64,000 nt of DNA. Source: an uncultured bacterium (GTDB lineage Bacteria; Chlamydiota; Chlamydiia; Chlamydiales; SM23-39). Under the pieces are notes generated by a model. It was not told where the DNA came from. It saw only the letters and a list, made by a program, of their open reading frames with translations, and searched no databases. The first letter of the stretch is position 1, and every line of letters starts with the position of its first letter. Positions 47,261 through 57,600 of the stretch are shown one piece after another. The translations under genes were made by a program, and so were the position numbers. Where the stretch lies: positions 1,696,001-1,760,000 of the forward strand of contig OY970323.1 of NCBI GenBank assembly GCA_963716985.1, in the 5' to 3' direction.

Positions 47261-48844
47261 ATGGCCATAGACGACACGGGATTCAGTAGAATTCGGTCGT
47301 TTTTTTGGCCCATCCATCGGCACGAGCTTTTCAAATTTGTGCCTATGCTGGCTCTTTTTTTTCTCATTTCTATCAACTATCACTTGCTTCGTATATTCAA
47401 AGATCCCCTCATCGTTACAGCTCCTAATTCAGGGGCCGAAGTCATCCCCTTTCTGAAAGTCTGGGCCATGCTTCCCACCGCTATCATCATGACCTTTATT
47501 TTTACTAAGATGACAGGCCTGTTGAATCGTGAAAAATTATTTTACTGGGTCCTTGGCTTCTTTCTGGTCTTTTTCCTGTTTTTTACCATTTTCTTATATC
47601 CTTATCGAGAAGCTCTTTTCTGCGACAAATTCGCAGACTTTCTGCAAGGCATCCTTCCCGCCGGTTTTAAAGGATTGATTGCCATGATCCGCTATTGGAT
47701 GTTTTCCCTCTTCTATGTCATGGCAGAATCCTGGAGCAACATCATTCTTTCCGTGCTCCTTTGGGGCTTTGCCAATTCCGTCACTTCCCTCACCGAAGCT
47801 AAGCGTTTTTATGCTCTTTTCGGCATCGGAGTGAATGCATCCGGCATGATTGCGGGAGAATTCGGAGAATCCCTGGCAACTCATATGGAATCGGCCGCCA
47901 ATTTCCCAAGTTTTCTCTCCTTTCTTGGAGCAAAGACCTCCTGGGATCAAACCTTTTTTTTCTTCATGGGAATCGTCATTGTCTGCGGTCTTTTGAGCCT
48001 CTTTTTGTTCCGGTGGATCCATCATAAAATTTTTACGGATCTTAGACCCCTCTCTCCCAATTTCTCTGCCCCAAAAAAACCAAAAATGTCCTTTCGAGAA
48101 ACCTTGCGCTACGTTGCCAAGTCCAACTATTTGCTCTATGTCGCCATCATTGTTTTAGCCTATAACCTGGTCATTAATTTGACAGAAGTTGTCTGGAAGT
48201 CGCAAATGAAAGAACTCTATCCGGATCCGGGAAAATATACGGCAAATATGAGCAAAGTTACTTTCTACACAGGCCTTTTAGCAACTCTCGGCTCCTATTT
48301 TCTCACCGGAAACATCATTCGACGATTAGGGTGGCGATGGGCAGCCCTCGCAACTCCTGTCATCATGGGGCTTACGGGTATTGGATTTTTCCTCTTTCTT
48401 TTCCTGCGTCATTTTGATTTTGCCACCCAGCTGACCTACTCTCTTTTAGGGGCATCCCCTCTTCTGATTTGCGTCTTTTTCGGCTCGCTGCAAAACGTTT
48501 TGAGCAGATCTGCAAAATATACCGTTTTCGACAGCACAAAAGAGATGGCTTTTATCCCCTTGGCTCCGGATTCAAGGCTGAAGGGCAAATCCGCGATAGA
48601 CGGCATTGGTTCGCGCTTGGGCAAATCGGGAAGTTCACTGATCCTGCAAATTCTTCTCATGTTCTTTTCCACGCCCATTGCCTGCTCTCCCTTGATCTTC
48701 ATTTTAATGCTCGTCACCATCGGCGGATGGATCTTCTCGATCAGAATCCTGGATAGAAAGTTTCAAGATCTAACACAGCCCAAAAAAGAAGAAGAAGATT
48801 CGGCCCCAAAGGAGGACCTTTCTCTTTCAGAAGAGCGTTCTTAA
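47261..48844 (+). CDS. Npt/TLC family nucleotide transporter
   Basis: WPIHRHEL.KFVPM; GAEVIPFLKVW; FYVMAESW; AKRFY; AKYTVFD.TKEMAFIPL; KGKSAIDGIGSRLGKSG. Confidence 0.95.
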   Translation: MAIDDTGFSRIRSFFWPIHRHELFKFVPMLALFFLISINYHLLRIFKDPLIVTAPNSGAEVIPFLKVWAMLPTAIIMTFIFTKMTGLLNREKLFYWVLGFFLVFFLFFTIFLYPYREALFCDKFADFLQGILPAGFKGLIAMIRYWMFSLFYVMAESWSNIILSVLLWGFANSVTSLTEAKRFYALFGIGVNASGMIAGEFGESLATHMESAANFPSFLSFLGAKTSWDQTFFFFMGIVIVCGLLSLFLFRWIHHKIFTDLRPLSPNFSAPKKPKMSFRETLRYVAKSNYLLYVAIIVLAYNLVINLTEVVWKSQMKELYPDPGKYTANMSKVTFYTGLLATLGSYFLTGNIIRRLGWRWAALATPVIMGLTGIGFFLFLFLRHFDFATQLTYSLLGASPLLICVFFGSLQNVLSRSAKYTVFDSTKEMAFIPLAPDSRLKGKSAIDGIGSRLGKSGSSLILQILLMFFSTPIACSPLIFILMLVTIGGWIFSIRILDRKFQDLTQPKKEEEDSAPKEDLSLSEERS

Positions 48845-48868
48845 CTAGCGCAAAAACATTGAAATAAT

Positions 48869-50116
48869 ATGACACAGGCTGTTGGCTTTTTCAAAATATC
48901 TCCTCCCCTCTTTTCGATCAATTCCAAGGCCATCTCTTTTTTCACCGATGCAAAAATAAAAATCGTTGTTGCCAACATTCTGTTTCTGCTAGGGATTTTG
49001 GCCATCGGAATTGCTACAGGAGGCTTCGGCTTTCTTCCCCATATCCTTCCCCTATCAGAGGTCTCGGTAAAAATCCTATCCCTACTTGGCCTCTTGAGCC
49101 CAATCGTGGGAATTTACTTGTTTCAATCGCTAGATTCTAGCTTTTCCACTTGCGTAAATGAGCCGCCGATCGGAATTGAAAATGTCTCGAACAACTGCTG
49201 GGCCAACTCTCTTCTTCAGTTTTGTCAAGCGGTGCCCGTGCTGAAAAATTTCTGCAAAAGCCAATGGTTTTGGCAAACTCTTCACCCAATCGGATCCTTC
49301 CTCGCCGAGTACGAGTCCGATCAAAACCGAAAGTCAGCCGTTTCTGCGGCAAACAGCCAAGCGGTCCGCGCATGTTTGAGCGCTCAATCAGTCTCCTATA
49401 TCGCAGCAAATGGCACGCGGGAGCGCTCCATCAGCTCTGACATGCACGTGCAATGCGATGCTTCCGAAGCTTTGTCCATTATCCTAAATCAAATGTCCTG
49501 CCCGGTAAAAATGCAAACCATCCACCGGTGCAAAAATCACGAAAGAGAATGGGTTTCCTCCCCTCAAGAATATCAGGACATGCCTAAAATTGAGCTCCCT
49601 CTGGGCCGGTCGCGCTCCTTTGTTCGACTCTTCGAGTCTTTCTTAAAAAGCACTCCTCAAGAGCCGATTGAAGGGATGGAAGATCCCATCACAAAGAAAA
49701 GAGACGGCCACGTAGTTTCCGAGGAGCGGCTTTTTCAAAGCGCGCCGCCCGATCTTTTCGTGAGCTTGGGCCGTTTTGCCAATCAAAGAACAAGCTGGCT
49801 TGGAGCAAGCTGGCTTGGTCGGCTCTTTGGCGGGGCCGATGTGGAACTTCTGAAAGTCGATGATGCAATCGACATTCCCGACGTCATTCCTCTCAAAGAT
49901 GAGTTCGTTCACACCCACAAGGGAGCGAACTATCAGGTTGACGCCTTTATCCAGCATAGAGGTAGCAGCCTCGGCCAAGGCCACTATGTAGCCTATGTCA
50001 AATCTCCCGAAGGCGTCTGGTTTGAATGTAATGATGCCCTTGTTCGCCGCATCTCCCTCTCGACTGCCGAAAGAGAGAGAGCTCGTGCCTACCTTCTGCA
50101 TTTTCACAAAGTCTAA
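48869..50116 (+). CDS. Eukaryote-like USP (peptidase C19) deubiquitinase with N-terminal hydrophobic hairpin
   Basis: Cys box GIENVSNNCWANSLLQ; QCDASEAL; His box IQHRG....GHYVAYVK....WFECND. Confidence 0.9.
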   Translation: MTQAVGFFKISPPLFSINSKAISFFTDAKIKIVVANILFLLGILAIGIATGGFGFLPHILPLSEVSVKILSLLGLLSPIVGIYLFQSLDSSFSTCVNEPPIGIENVSNNCWANSLLQFCQAVPVLKNFCKSQWFWQTLHPIGSFLAEYESDQNRKSAVSAANSQAVRACLSAQSVSYIAANGTRERSISSDMHVQCDASEALSIILNQMSCPVKMQTIHRCKNHEREWVSSPQEYQDMPKIELPLGRSRSFVRLFESFLKSTPQEPIEGMEDPITKKRDGHVVSEERLFQSAPPDLFVSLGRFANQRTSWLGASWLGRLFGGADVELLKVDDAIDIPDVIPLKDEFVHTHKGANYQVDAFIQHRGSSLGQGHYVAYVKSPEGVWFECNDALVRRISLSTAERERARAYLLHFHKV

Positions 50117-50183
50117 ATAGAAGAGCTTTCCATCCATTTTTCAAAAAAATTTTATATACCATTAAAAAAAAATTATATATCTA

Positions 50184-51705
50184 CTCGACTTTGCAACTTT
50201 TAGCGGCTTAGCTCAGGCCGCCTGAAGCACTCGCCTTACTATATCATCCATCCAATCCACCATTTCCGGAGTAATATTTTCCACGGAAGGTGTGATTTTA
50301 GTCTTCCCGGAAATTAAATTATCCCTCCATATTACCATGCGCACAGCCCTCAACATATCGGAAAATGTGACTTGTTCTTTTTGGTGCCAAGCAGTTGCCT
50401 CTACTTTCAGCAACTTTACCTGTCCCAATCGATTTGCCATTAGGCATACACAACTATATAGCCCCATCAGTATGGGAGTCGATCGGGCTATTGCTCGATC
50501 CGACCATTGCCGCTGGGTCTCTACGCCAAGATGTTCACGTGTTTCCTCGAATGTGACCTCAAGTCCCCAGCGATCGATAAATAATTCTATCATACGTTCT
50601 GCCGTCATGAGTGGATCTGTGCTCATAAGAGGTAGAGGATCAAGTTTTCCTGTAGGATCCACCACCAAAGTCCATCGGATGGGAATAGGAGTCACTCCAT
50701 CGGCTCCCCACATACATGTGTTAGACAGCACGCGAGCTACCCGTTTCTCTCCGCCGTAACCGACTACTTCCATTTCTTTCCAGGGCAATCCCTTCAGAGA
50801 TAGCATCTCTTTAAAATTTTGCAATTTGACGCCTTTCTGTGCAGTACGTCCCCTTTGGCCGGGACGCTTTTCGGCCGGGAAATCGAACAGGGCTGCATTC
50901 ATTTTCAGTCGCGAAACAAGAGTCACCCCAGAACAGATACAGTTCAGAGCCAACTGTCCCGCAGCATATCCTCCATCGCCAACAAGAATTAGTGATCGCG
51001 CCTTACCTACCCATCGACGCACCTGTAAGACCATCTGACTCGCCCATTTTAATGAGGTTTTGTGCCGACGTTTCTTCGCTTCATCACATTTTTTAGAAGG
51101 CTCCAGTGCACTCAAAAAAGGCAATGCAAGTGCTCTCGACATAAACGGCAATTTCACAGAGAGCGCCATAACCTGCCACTTCAAACCCATGGCTTTGACC
51201 ACTCGAGACTGTGACGATCGAACCGCATCTCGATAATAGCCCTTTGCTTTTATCTTCTTGCCACGCCTGCGCTCCAATGTCTCGTCAATGAGCAGAACCA
51301 AAGGATGCTGATCGGAGACAAAGATAAGCAACATAAAGAATAGGATTTTCGCTGCCTTGAGTGACGACCATTCCGCCCGGTTTAAAAGGTGATGGTACTT
51401 TGAAAAACCCGACTGATGCTCAAGACCCATTGCGCGCAGAGCCGCACACACGGTTCTCTTGCCAGTGCATAAAAGCGTGCCAAGTAATAAGGTCAGGGCT
51501 TTTTTCCAAGAAGGATTTGAAAAAAGTACTGAAAAAGGGATGAGTACTGCTAAAATGTTTGACGATAGAGAGTCCATGAGAGCCTGCCATTTTGTTTTAC
51601 TGAACCAAATAGTATGCGCGAAGCGGCACTCTCTATCAACTTTTTATTTTACAGATTGAAGCAAATGACTTTGGGCTATCAGATCGAAAAATGTACAAAG
51701 TCGAG
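50184..51705 (-). mobile_element. IS701-like insertion sequence, copy 1
   Basis: TIR CTCGACTTTG.A / T.CAAAGTCGAG; 5-bp direct repeat ATCTA. Confidence 0.88.
50213..51577 (-). CDS. IS701-like DDE transposase
   Basis: LIDETLERRRG; LVGDGGYA; RWGLEVTFEE.REHLGVETQRQWS. Confidence 0.9.
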   Translation of the reverse strand: MDSLSSNILAVLIPFSVLFSNPSWKKALTLLLGTLLCTGKRTVCAALRAMGLEHQSGFSKYHHLLNRAEWSSLKAAKILFFMLLIFVSDQHPLVLLIDETLERRRGKKIKAKGYYRDAVRSSQSRVVKAMGLKWQVMALSVKLPFMSRALALPFLSALEPSKKCDEAKKRRHKTSLKWASQMVLQVRRWVGKARSLILVGDGGYAAGQLALNCICSGVTLVSRLKMNAALFDFPAEKRPGQRGRTAQKGVKLQNFKEMLSLKGLPWKEMEVVGYGGEKRVARVLSNTCMWGADGVTPIPIRWTLVVDPTGKLDPLPLMSTDPLMTAERMIELFIDRWGLEVTFEETREHLGVETQRQWSDRAIARSTPILMGLYSCVCLMANRLGQVKLLKVEATAWHQKEQVTFSDMLRAVRMVIWRDNLISGKTKITPSVENITPEMVDWMDDIVRRVLQAA

Positions 51706-51733
51706 ATCTACGCTTATTTATTATATTTTTTAA

Positions 51734-53385
51734 TGTTAGCGTTTTATTGAAATGTCCTCTTTTTGCGTTTTATTGAAATGTCCGCATTTAGAGGAATAGC
51801 AACATTGTTACTTCTTTATAAGAATAATTTTAACATTTCTTTATTAAAAAATCCAGGTCTTTTCAAGGGGAGAGCGCGAGAGGGTTTCCCTCTCGCCTCC
51901 CTCTTTAAATGATTATCTAGAGCCCAACCGAAGGGCGGGAGCAAAGGTGCTCGGCAATTTCCCCTCCTCCCTTATTCAAACTGAGGGACTCTTTTAGCAA
52001 GCGAGCTTATGTTTATTTGAAAAGCCTCTGGGTCCTCGCTTCCAAGGATGTCGACGACTTGGGCGATAACGGCAGCGCTCTTTTCGTTCAGCCAACTTCA
52101 CTATCAATTCTTTTGCACTAACCACTTCTGTTTGTGCTTGCATTTTGTGGTGTGGTACTGCTGTGAGTTGTTTACCTCGATATTCGATGAAAACAACTCC
52201 GTCTTTTGTCTCCAAAACGGTAACCTCGGCATTTCTCAGAACGTATTCGTGACAAGGTGCTATCACTTGATAAATCACATTGTCGTATTGTAGAGTTAGA
52301 TTTTTGGACAATCTGCGATTGGCCTTGAGGCAAAATATCTTGTCTAGGTTGTATGAGGGTAATAAGGGTTTATGCGCGTTGCTCGGATCTTTCGGTGCTT
52401 TGGCGAATTTTTGATTAAACTTGAGTAGAAATGATGGTAAAAATGCATTTGCAGCCTCGATGTCGCAGATCTTGGCTATACGCATCGCTTTGATCAATCG
52501 ATTCTGAAAGTCCCGATTGCGCCTTTCAACGCGCCCTTTTGCCTGTGGTGAATTGGCGCAGATCAGTGTTATGTCCAGCTCTTCCATGGCTCTGCCGAAT
52601 TGAGTTCTTCCATCTCCAGTTAAAGCGCCTTCATGGTTCACTCGAAAAACACTATGTTTGTCCGGATAAAACGCCTCTGGTCTACCATGCTTTTCAATGT
52701 ATTCTCGGGTTGCCTGGAAGTAGTCAAATGTATTTTCAGATTTCACAAATTTCAAATGCATTGTCTTACTCGTTGCATCATCGATGAATACCAGGAGAGT
52801 GCATCGCGGTCCCCGGCCTTCGAACCAGTCGTGCTCCGAGCCGTCGAGCTGAATGAGCTCGCCCATTTTTGATCGTCTCTGTCTCAATGGATGTACTTTC
52901 AATTCCCGGATTTCATTTGGATGCCACAGGCCATTTTCGATCATCACTCTACGCACTGCGCTAACCGAAAATTTCGCCGCTCCGCTTTCAATCAAATACT
53001 CATGGGCCAGGGTGGGACCAAAATCGCGATGGTCTTCCTGCTTGAAGAACTCTAAAATTTGAGCCTTTTTTTCTTGAGAAAGCCGGCGATTGCCTGGAAC
53101 TCCCACTTTCCTGGAAACGATCCCTTTTGGGCCTTCAACCCTCAATCTCTTCAATAAACGCCTAAACTGCCTGGGACTTATTCCTAAACTCCGGGCGCCT
53201 TTTGATTGCTTTAACCGGCCTTCTTTGACAGCTGTAAAAACTTCTAATCTCGTTAATTCCCTGAAACTCATTGACATACGCTCCTCCATTTGATCGCCTC
53301 CTCATTGGTAATCAACAACTTGTGATTACCAGAAAGAGGACATTTCTAAAAAACGGAAAGCGGACATTTTAAAAAAACGCTAATA
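51734..53385 (-). mobile_element. IS1202-family (ISNCY) insertion sequence
   Basis: Ends TGTTAGCGTTTT / AAAACGCTAATA with repeated AAATGTCC subsites; 15-bp direct repeat TATTATATTTTTTAA. Confidence 0.88.
51994..53289 (-). CDS. IS1202/ISNCY transposase
   Basis: DFGPTLA.E; GELIQLDGSEHDWFEGRG; IDDATS; DKHSVF; SPQAKGRVER. Confidence 0.93.
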   Translation of the reverse strand: MEERMSMSFRELTRLEVFTAVKEGRLKQSKGARSLGISPRQFRRLLKRLRVEGPKGIVSRKVGVPGNRRLSQEKKAQILEFFKQEDHRDFGPTLAHEYLIESGAAKFSVSAVRRVMIENGLWHPNEIRELKVHPLRQRRSKMGELIQLDGSEHDWFEGRGPRCTLLVFIDDATSKTMHLKFVKSENTFDYFQATREYIEKHGRPEAFYPDKHSVFRVNHEGALTGDGRTQFGRAMEELDITLICANSPQAKGRVERRNRDFQNRLIKAMRIAKICDIEAANAFLPSFLLKFNQKFAKAPKDPSNAHKPLLPSYNLDKIFCLKANRRLSKNLTLQYDNVIYQVIAPCHEYVLRNAEVTVLETKDGVVFIEYRGKQLTAVPHHKMQAQTEVVSAKELIVKLAERKERCRYRPSRRHPWKRGPRGFSNKHKLAC

Positions 53386-53473
53386 TATTATATTTTTTAA
53401 TTGAACATATTAAACTATTATGTTATGATAATATCATATTAATCAAAATTTTATATAAAAGAGGTTGGATAAA

Positions 53474-54664
53474 ATGTCACAAATAACTGATTTGCGTGCA
53501 ACAACATCAAGCGCCCCCGGAACAAGCCGCGAAGCGGCTTCACTTGCTACAGAGAAAAAAACATCACATGCTACAGCCTATATGTTTACAGCACTTAGCA
53601 TTGTAGCCCTCGGGGCTCTCGTAACAGGAGGCCTTGGCATCATTCCCACGGCAGGCTTCTTGGCAAAAACAACTCTTTCAGTTGGCGGAGTCGCGAGTTT
53701 CATCGCAGGAATGTTTTCAGTTCGATCAAACGAGCCTTCTCGCCCCTCCATTCAGTTTCCCATCGGAATTCCGAATGCTCAAATGAACTGCTGGGCCAAC
53801 TCTTTGCTTCAAATGTGCAGAGCCGTTCCCATGCTACAAGAGTTCTTGATCGGACAGAAAGAGAGAGAACTCTCTCCCATAGGATTGGTCCTCGCTCAAT
53901 ATGAAAATGATCAAGAAAGAGGACGAACGATTTCTCGGGCAGATAGTCAACAAGTTCGCCTCTGTCTCAGCCGGTTTTCGGACGGCATCAGCCGAGATGG
54001 GGCTGTGCAGTGCGATGCTTCGGAGGGCCTGTCCCTCATCCTCGAAAGAATGAACTCCCCAAAACTGCCCAAAATGCAAGCCATCTACCGATGCAAAAAT
54101 AAAGCACACGAATGGGTGACTTCCTCCGGTGTTTTTGACCCTATGCCAAAACTCGAACTAATCCTGGACGGCTCGCGCTCTTTTTTGCAAATCTTTGAAT
54201 CCTTCTTAAAGAAAAAGCCCAAAGAATCAGAGCATAATTACCAAGACCCCTCCACAGACACAAGAGATGGACATGTCGTTTCTGAAGAGCTGCTTTTTGA
54301 AAAAACTCCAGACGAGCTTTTTATTAGTTTGAAGCGTTTCGTCAATCAAAAAAAGGGATTTTTTACACGCCTCTTTTCAGACGCCTCCCACGAACTTATG
54401 AAAATCACAGACCCAATCGATGTTCCCGAAACCTTTCATCTAAAAGAGGAGTTCGTTCGGACACGCGAGGGTGCAGACTATCAAGTAGACGCTTTTATAC
54501 AGCACAAAGGACCCACTTGTAATGGTGGTCACTATATTGCCTATATCAAAGCGCCGGACGGAACCTGGTTTGCATGCGATGATTCCGATACACGCGCCAT
54601 GACAGCGGAAGAGGTAAAAGCCGCTCTATCCGACGCTTACATCTACCACTTCCATCGACTCTAA
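53474..54664 (+). CDS. Eukaryote-like USP (C19) deubiquitinase with N-terminal hydrophobic hairpin, paralog
   Basis: GIPNAQMNCWANSLLQ; QCDASEGL; LKRF; IQHKG....GHYIAYIK....WFACDDS. Confidence 0.9.
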   Translation: MSQITDLRATTSSAPGTSREAASLATEKKTSHATAYMFTALSIVALGALVTGGLGIIPTAGFLAKTTLSVGGVASFIAGMFSVRSNEPSRPSIQFPIGIPNAQMNCWANSLLQMCRAVPMLQEFLIGQKERELSPIGLVLAQYENDQERGRTISRADSQQVRLCLSRFSDGISRDGAVQCDASEGLSLILERMNSPKLPKMQAIYRCKNKAHEWVTSSGVFDPMPKLELILDGSRSFLQIFESFLKKKPKESEHNYQDPSTDTRDGHVVSEELLFEKTPDELFISLKRFVNQKKGFFTRLFSDASHELMKITDPIDVPETFHLKEEFVRTREGADYQVDAFIQHKGPTCNGGHYIAYIKAPDGTWFACDDSDTRAMTAEEVKAALSDAYIYHFHRL

Positions 54665-57600
54665 AAAGAAGAGCTTTCCCGACTGAGCTTCTCAAAGAAC
54701 TCATACTTCTCTTTGAGATGGCTTTGCAGTTCGGTAAGCAGGCGTTTGGCCTCTTCCGGTTTTGTTTTTTGCAAATAGTTGTAGCGCACCTGTTCGGATA
54801 GAAAATCCTGCAAGGAAAGCGTGGGCTTTTTCGAGTCCATCTGGAAGGGATTTTTTCCTTCGCTCTTTCTTCTTGGATCGAATCGATAGTTGAACCAGTA
54901 GCCCGATTCTACCGCTTGCTTCATCTCATTTTGCGAGCGGCTCATTCCCCATTTATTTCCATGCGCAATGCAAGAAGCATAGGCAATGATGAGGGCAGGG
55001 CCCTTATAACTTTCTGCTTCTTGAAGGGCGCGAATGAGCTGCTGCTTATCTGCTCCCATCGAAACCGATGCTACGTAAATATATCCATAGCTCATCGCAA
55101 TCAGGCCGAGGTCCTTTTTGGCCGTCTTCTTTCCGGAAGCTGCAAATTTGGCCACGGCTCCCATCGGAGTTGCTTTCGAGGACTGCCCTCCCGTATTGGA
55201 ATAGACCTCCGTATCCAATACCAGAACTTTAACATCCTGATTCATCGCAAGCACATGATCAAGACCGCCATATCCGATATCATACGCCCAGCCATCTCCC
55301 CCGATCATCCAGATCGCAGGCTTGGTCAAAATATCTCTCCTCTCCCAGATTTTTTCTAAAAGAGCGCTTCTCTTCATTGGAGAGAGAAGAGCTTTGATCT
55401 TTTCTGCAACTTCCCGGCTTTTGTCTCCATCGTCTGTGAATTTCAGCCATTCTTCGAACAGCCGTTTTAAATCGGACGGAAGCGACGTTTTCATAGATTC
55501 TTGCACCAAATGGGCAAGTTCATTTCTTCGATAAGCAAACGCCATATACATGCCGAGTCCATATTCCGCATTATCCTCGAAGAGGGAGTTGGCCCAAGCA
55601 GGACCATATCCCTTCTCGTTGACAGCCCAAGGAACAGAAGGAGAAGAGCCGCCCCAGATCGAAGAACAGCCCGTTGCATTCGCCACTACCATGCGATCGC
55701 CGAAGAGCTGGGTCAACACCTTGACATAGGGAGTTTCTCCGCAACCCGCGCAGGCGCCGGAAAACTCAAACAGGGGTTTGAAGAATTGCGATCCCTTCAC
55801 AGTATATTTACTGATATCGACCTGAGGATTGATCTTTTTACCAAGGAAATCCCATTGCTCCTCATATTGGGGCCGCAAACTTTCTTGGGGTTTTAAAACA
55901 AGCGCTTTTCCCTTAGGAGCGGGACAGGTTTCCACACAGTTGCCGCAGCCCGTACAATCGTAAGGGGTGATTTGCACGCTGTATTGATATTTTTCAAGCC
56001 CCTTCCCGAGTGGCTTTAAGCTTTTATAACTCTTTGGAGCCTTCTTGGCCTCTTCTTCCGGAAGAAGGAAGGGGCGAATGCAAGCATGCGGACAAACAAG
56101 AGAGCACTGGTTGCACTGGATGCAGTTTCCCTCAATCCACTCGGGAAAATTCAGAGCGATGTTTCTCTTTTCAAATTGCGTGGTCGCAGGAGGCAAAACC
56201 CCGCCGGGCGTAAAAGCACTTACGGGAAGAGTGTCCCCTTTTTGGGCGATCATCACTTCGGCAACATTTTTGATAAACTCAGGCTTTTCTTCTTCTTTCT
56301 TCTTTTTTTGATCGACGGCATTTTTCCAAGAAGCGGGATAGTCGATTTTTTTCAAATTTTCTATCGCCAAATCGACAGCTTGTTGATTGCGTTTGATGAC
56401 GGCCTCCCCCTTTTTTAAATAGGTCTCTGCAATCGCCTCTTTTAATAAGCAAAGCGCCTGTTCGATCGGAAGGATGGAAGAGAGCTTGAAGAAGACGGCC
56501 TGCATCACCATATTGATTTTTTCTCCAAGTCCCGCAGCCTTGGCAATGGAGCTCGCATCGATAGTGAAAAACTGCACATGATTCAGTGCGATCGCTCGTT
56601 TTAAAGAAGCAGGTAAACGAGTCTCCATTTCTTGTAGCGTCCAGGGAGAATTCAGAACAAAGGTTCCTCCCTTTTTGATCCCTTCTAAAACATCATATTT
56701 CGAAACATAGGAAGGGTGATGGCAAGCAATATAATCAGCTACCTGAATCAGATAGGTAGACAAAATGGGGGCATCGCCAAATCGCAAGTGGGAAATGGTC
56801 ACACCGCTGGATTTTTTCGAATCATAAGCAAAATAGCCTTGCACATATTTATCGGTATGGTCTCCGATCATTTTGATGGCGTCCTTATTGGCTCCAATCG
56901 TCCCATCTCCGCCGATTCCCCAAAACTTGCAGCGAACAACTCCGGGATTTTCCGTATCGATGATTTCCGTGACGGGAAGGGAGGTGTGGGTCACATCATC
57001 GTTGATCCCAAGGGTAAAATGGTTTTTAAGGACAGGAAGCTTCATATGATCCAATAGCGCTTTGACCATGCTTGGAGTAAACTCTTTGCCTCCAAGTCCA
57101 TAGCGGCCGCCGATCACCTCTCTTTCGGGCAATATCCCTTTTAATGCAGCGCACACGTCTAAATACAGAGGCTCTGCGAAACTCGCAGACTCCTTCGTTC
57201 GATCTAAAACGGCCATTTTTTTCACACTTTGGGGAATTGCTTTTCTGAAATGTTCAACGGAGAAAGGTCGATATAAGCGAACTTTCAACACCCCGACCTT
57301 TTCGCCTCTTTTACTCATCCAATGGACGGTCTCTTCCGCCGCTTGCGCCCCGGATCCCATGAGAATGATGATCCGATCCGCTTCCGGGTGGCCGACGTAT
57401 TCAAAAAGGTGGTATCTTCGATGGGTGAGCTTGTAGAGTTTGTCCATCTCTTCTTCGACAACTTTTGCAACCGGTAAATAAAAAGGGTTCGCTCTCTCCG
57501 TTGCTTGAAAATAGACATCGGGATTCTGCGCGCTGCCGCGCAGATGGGGATGTTCCGGATTGAGCGCTCTTTGCCGATGAAGCCCAATTCCCTTCCAATC

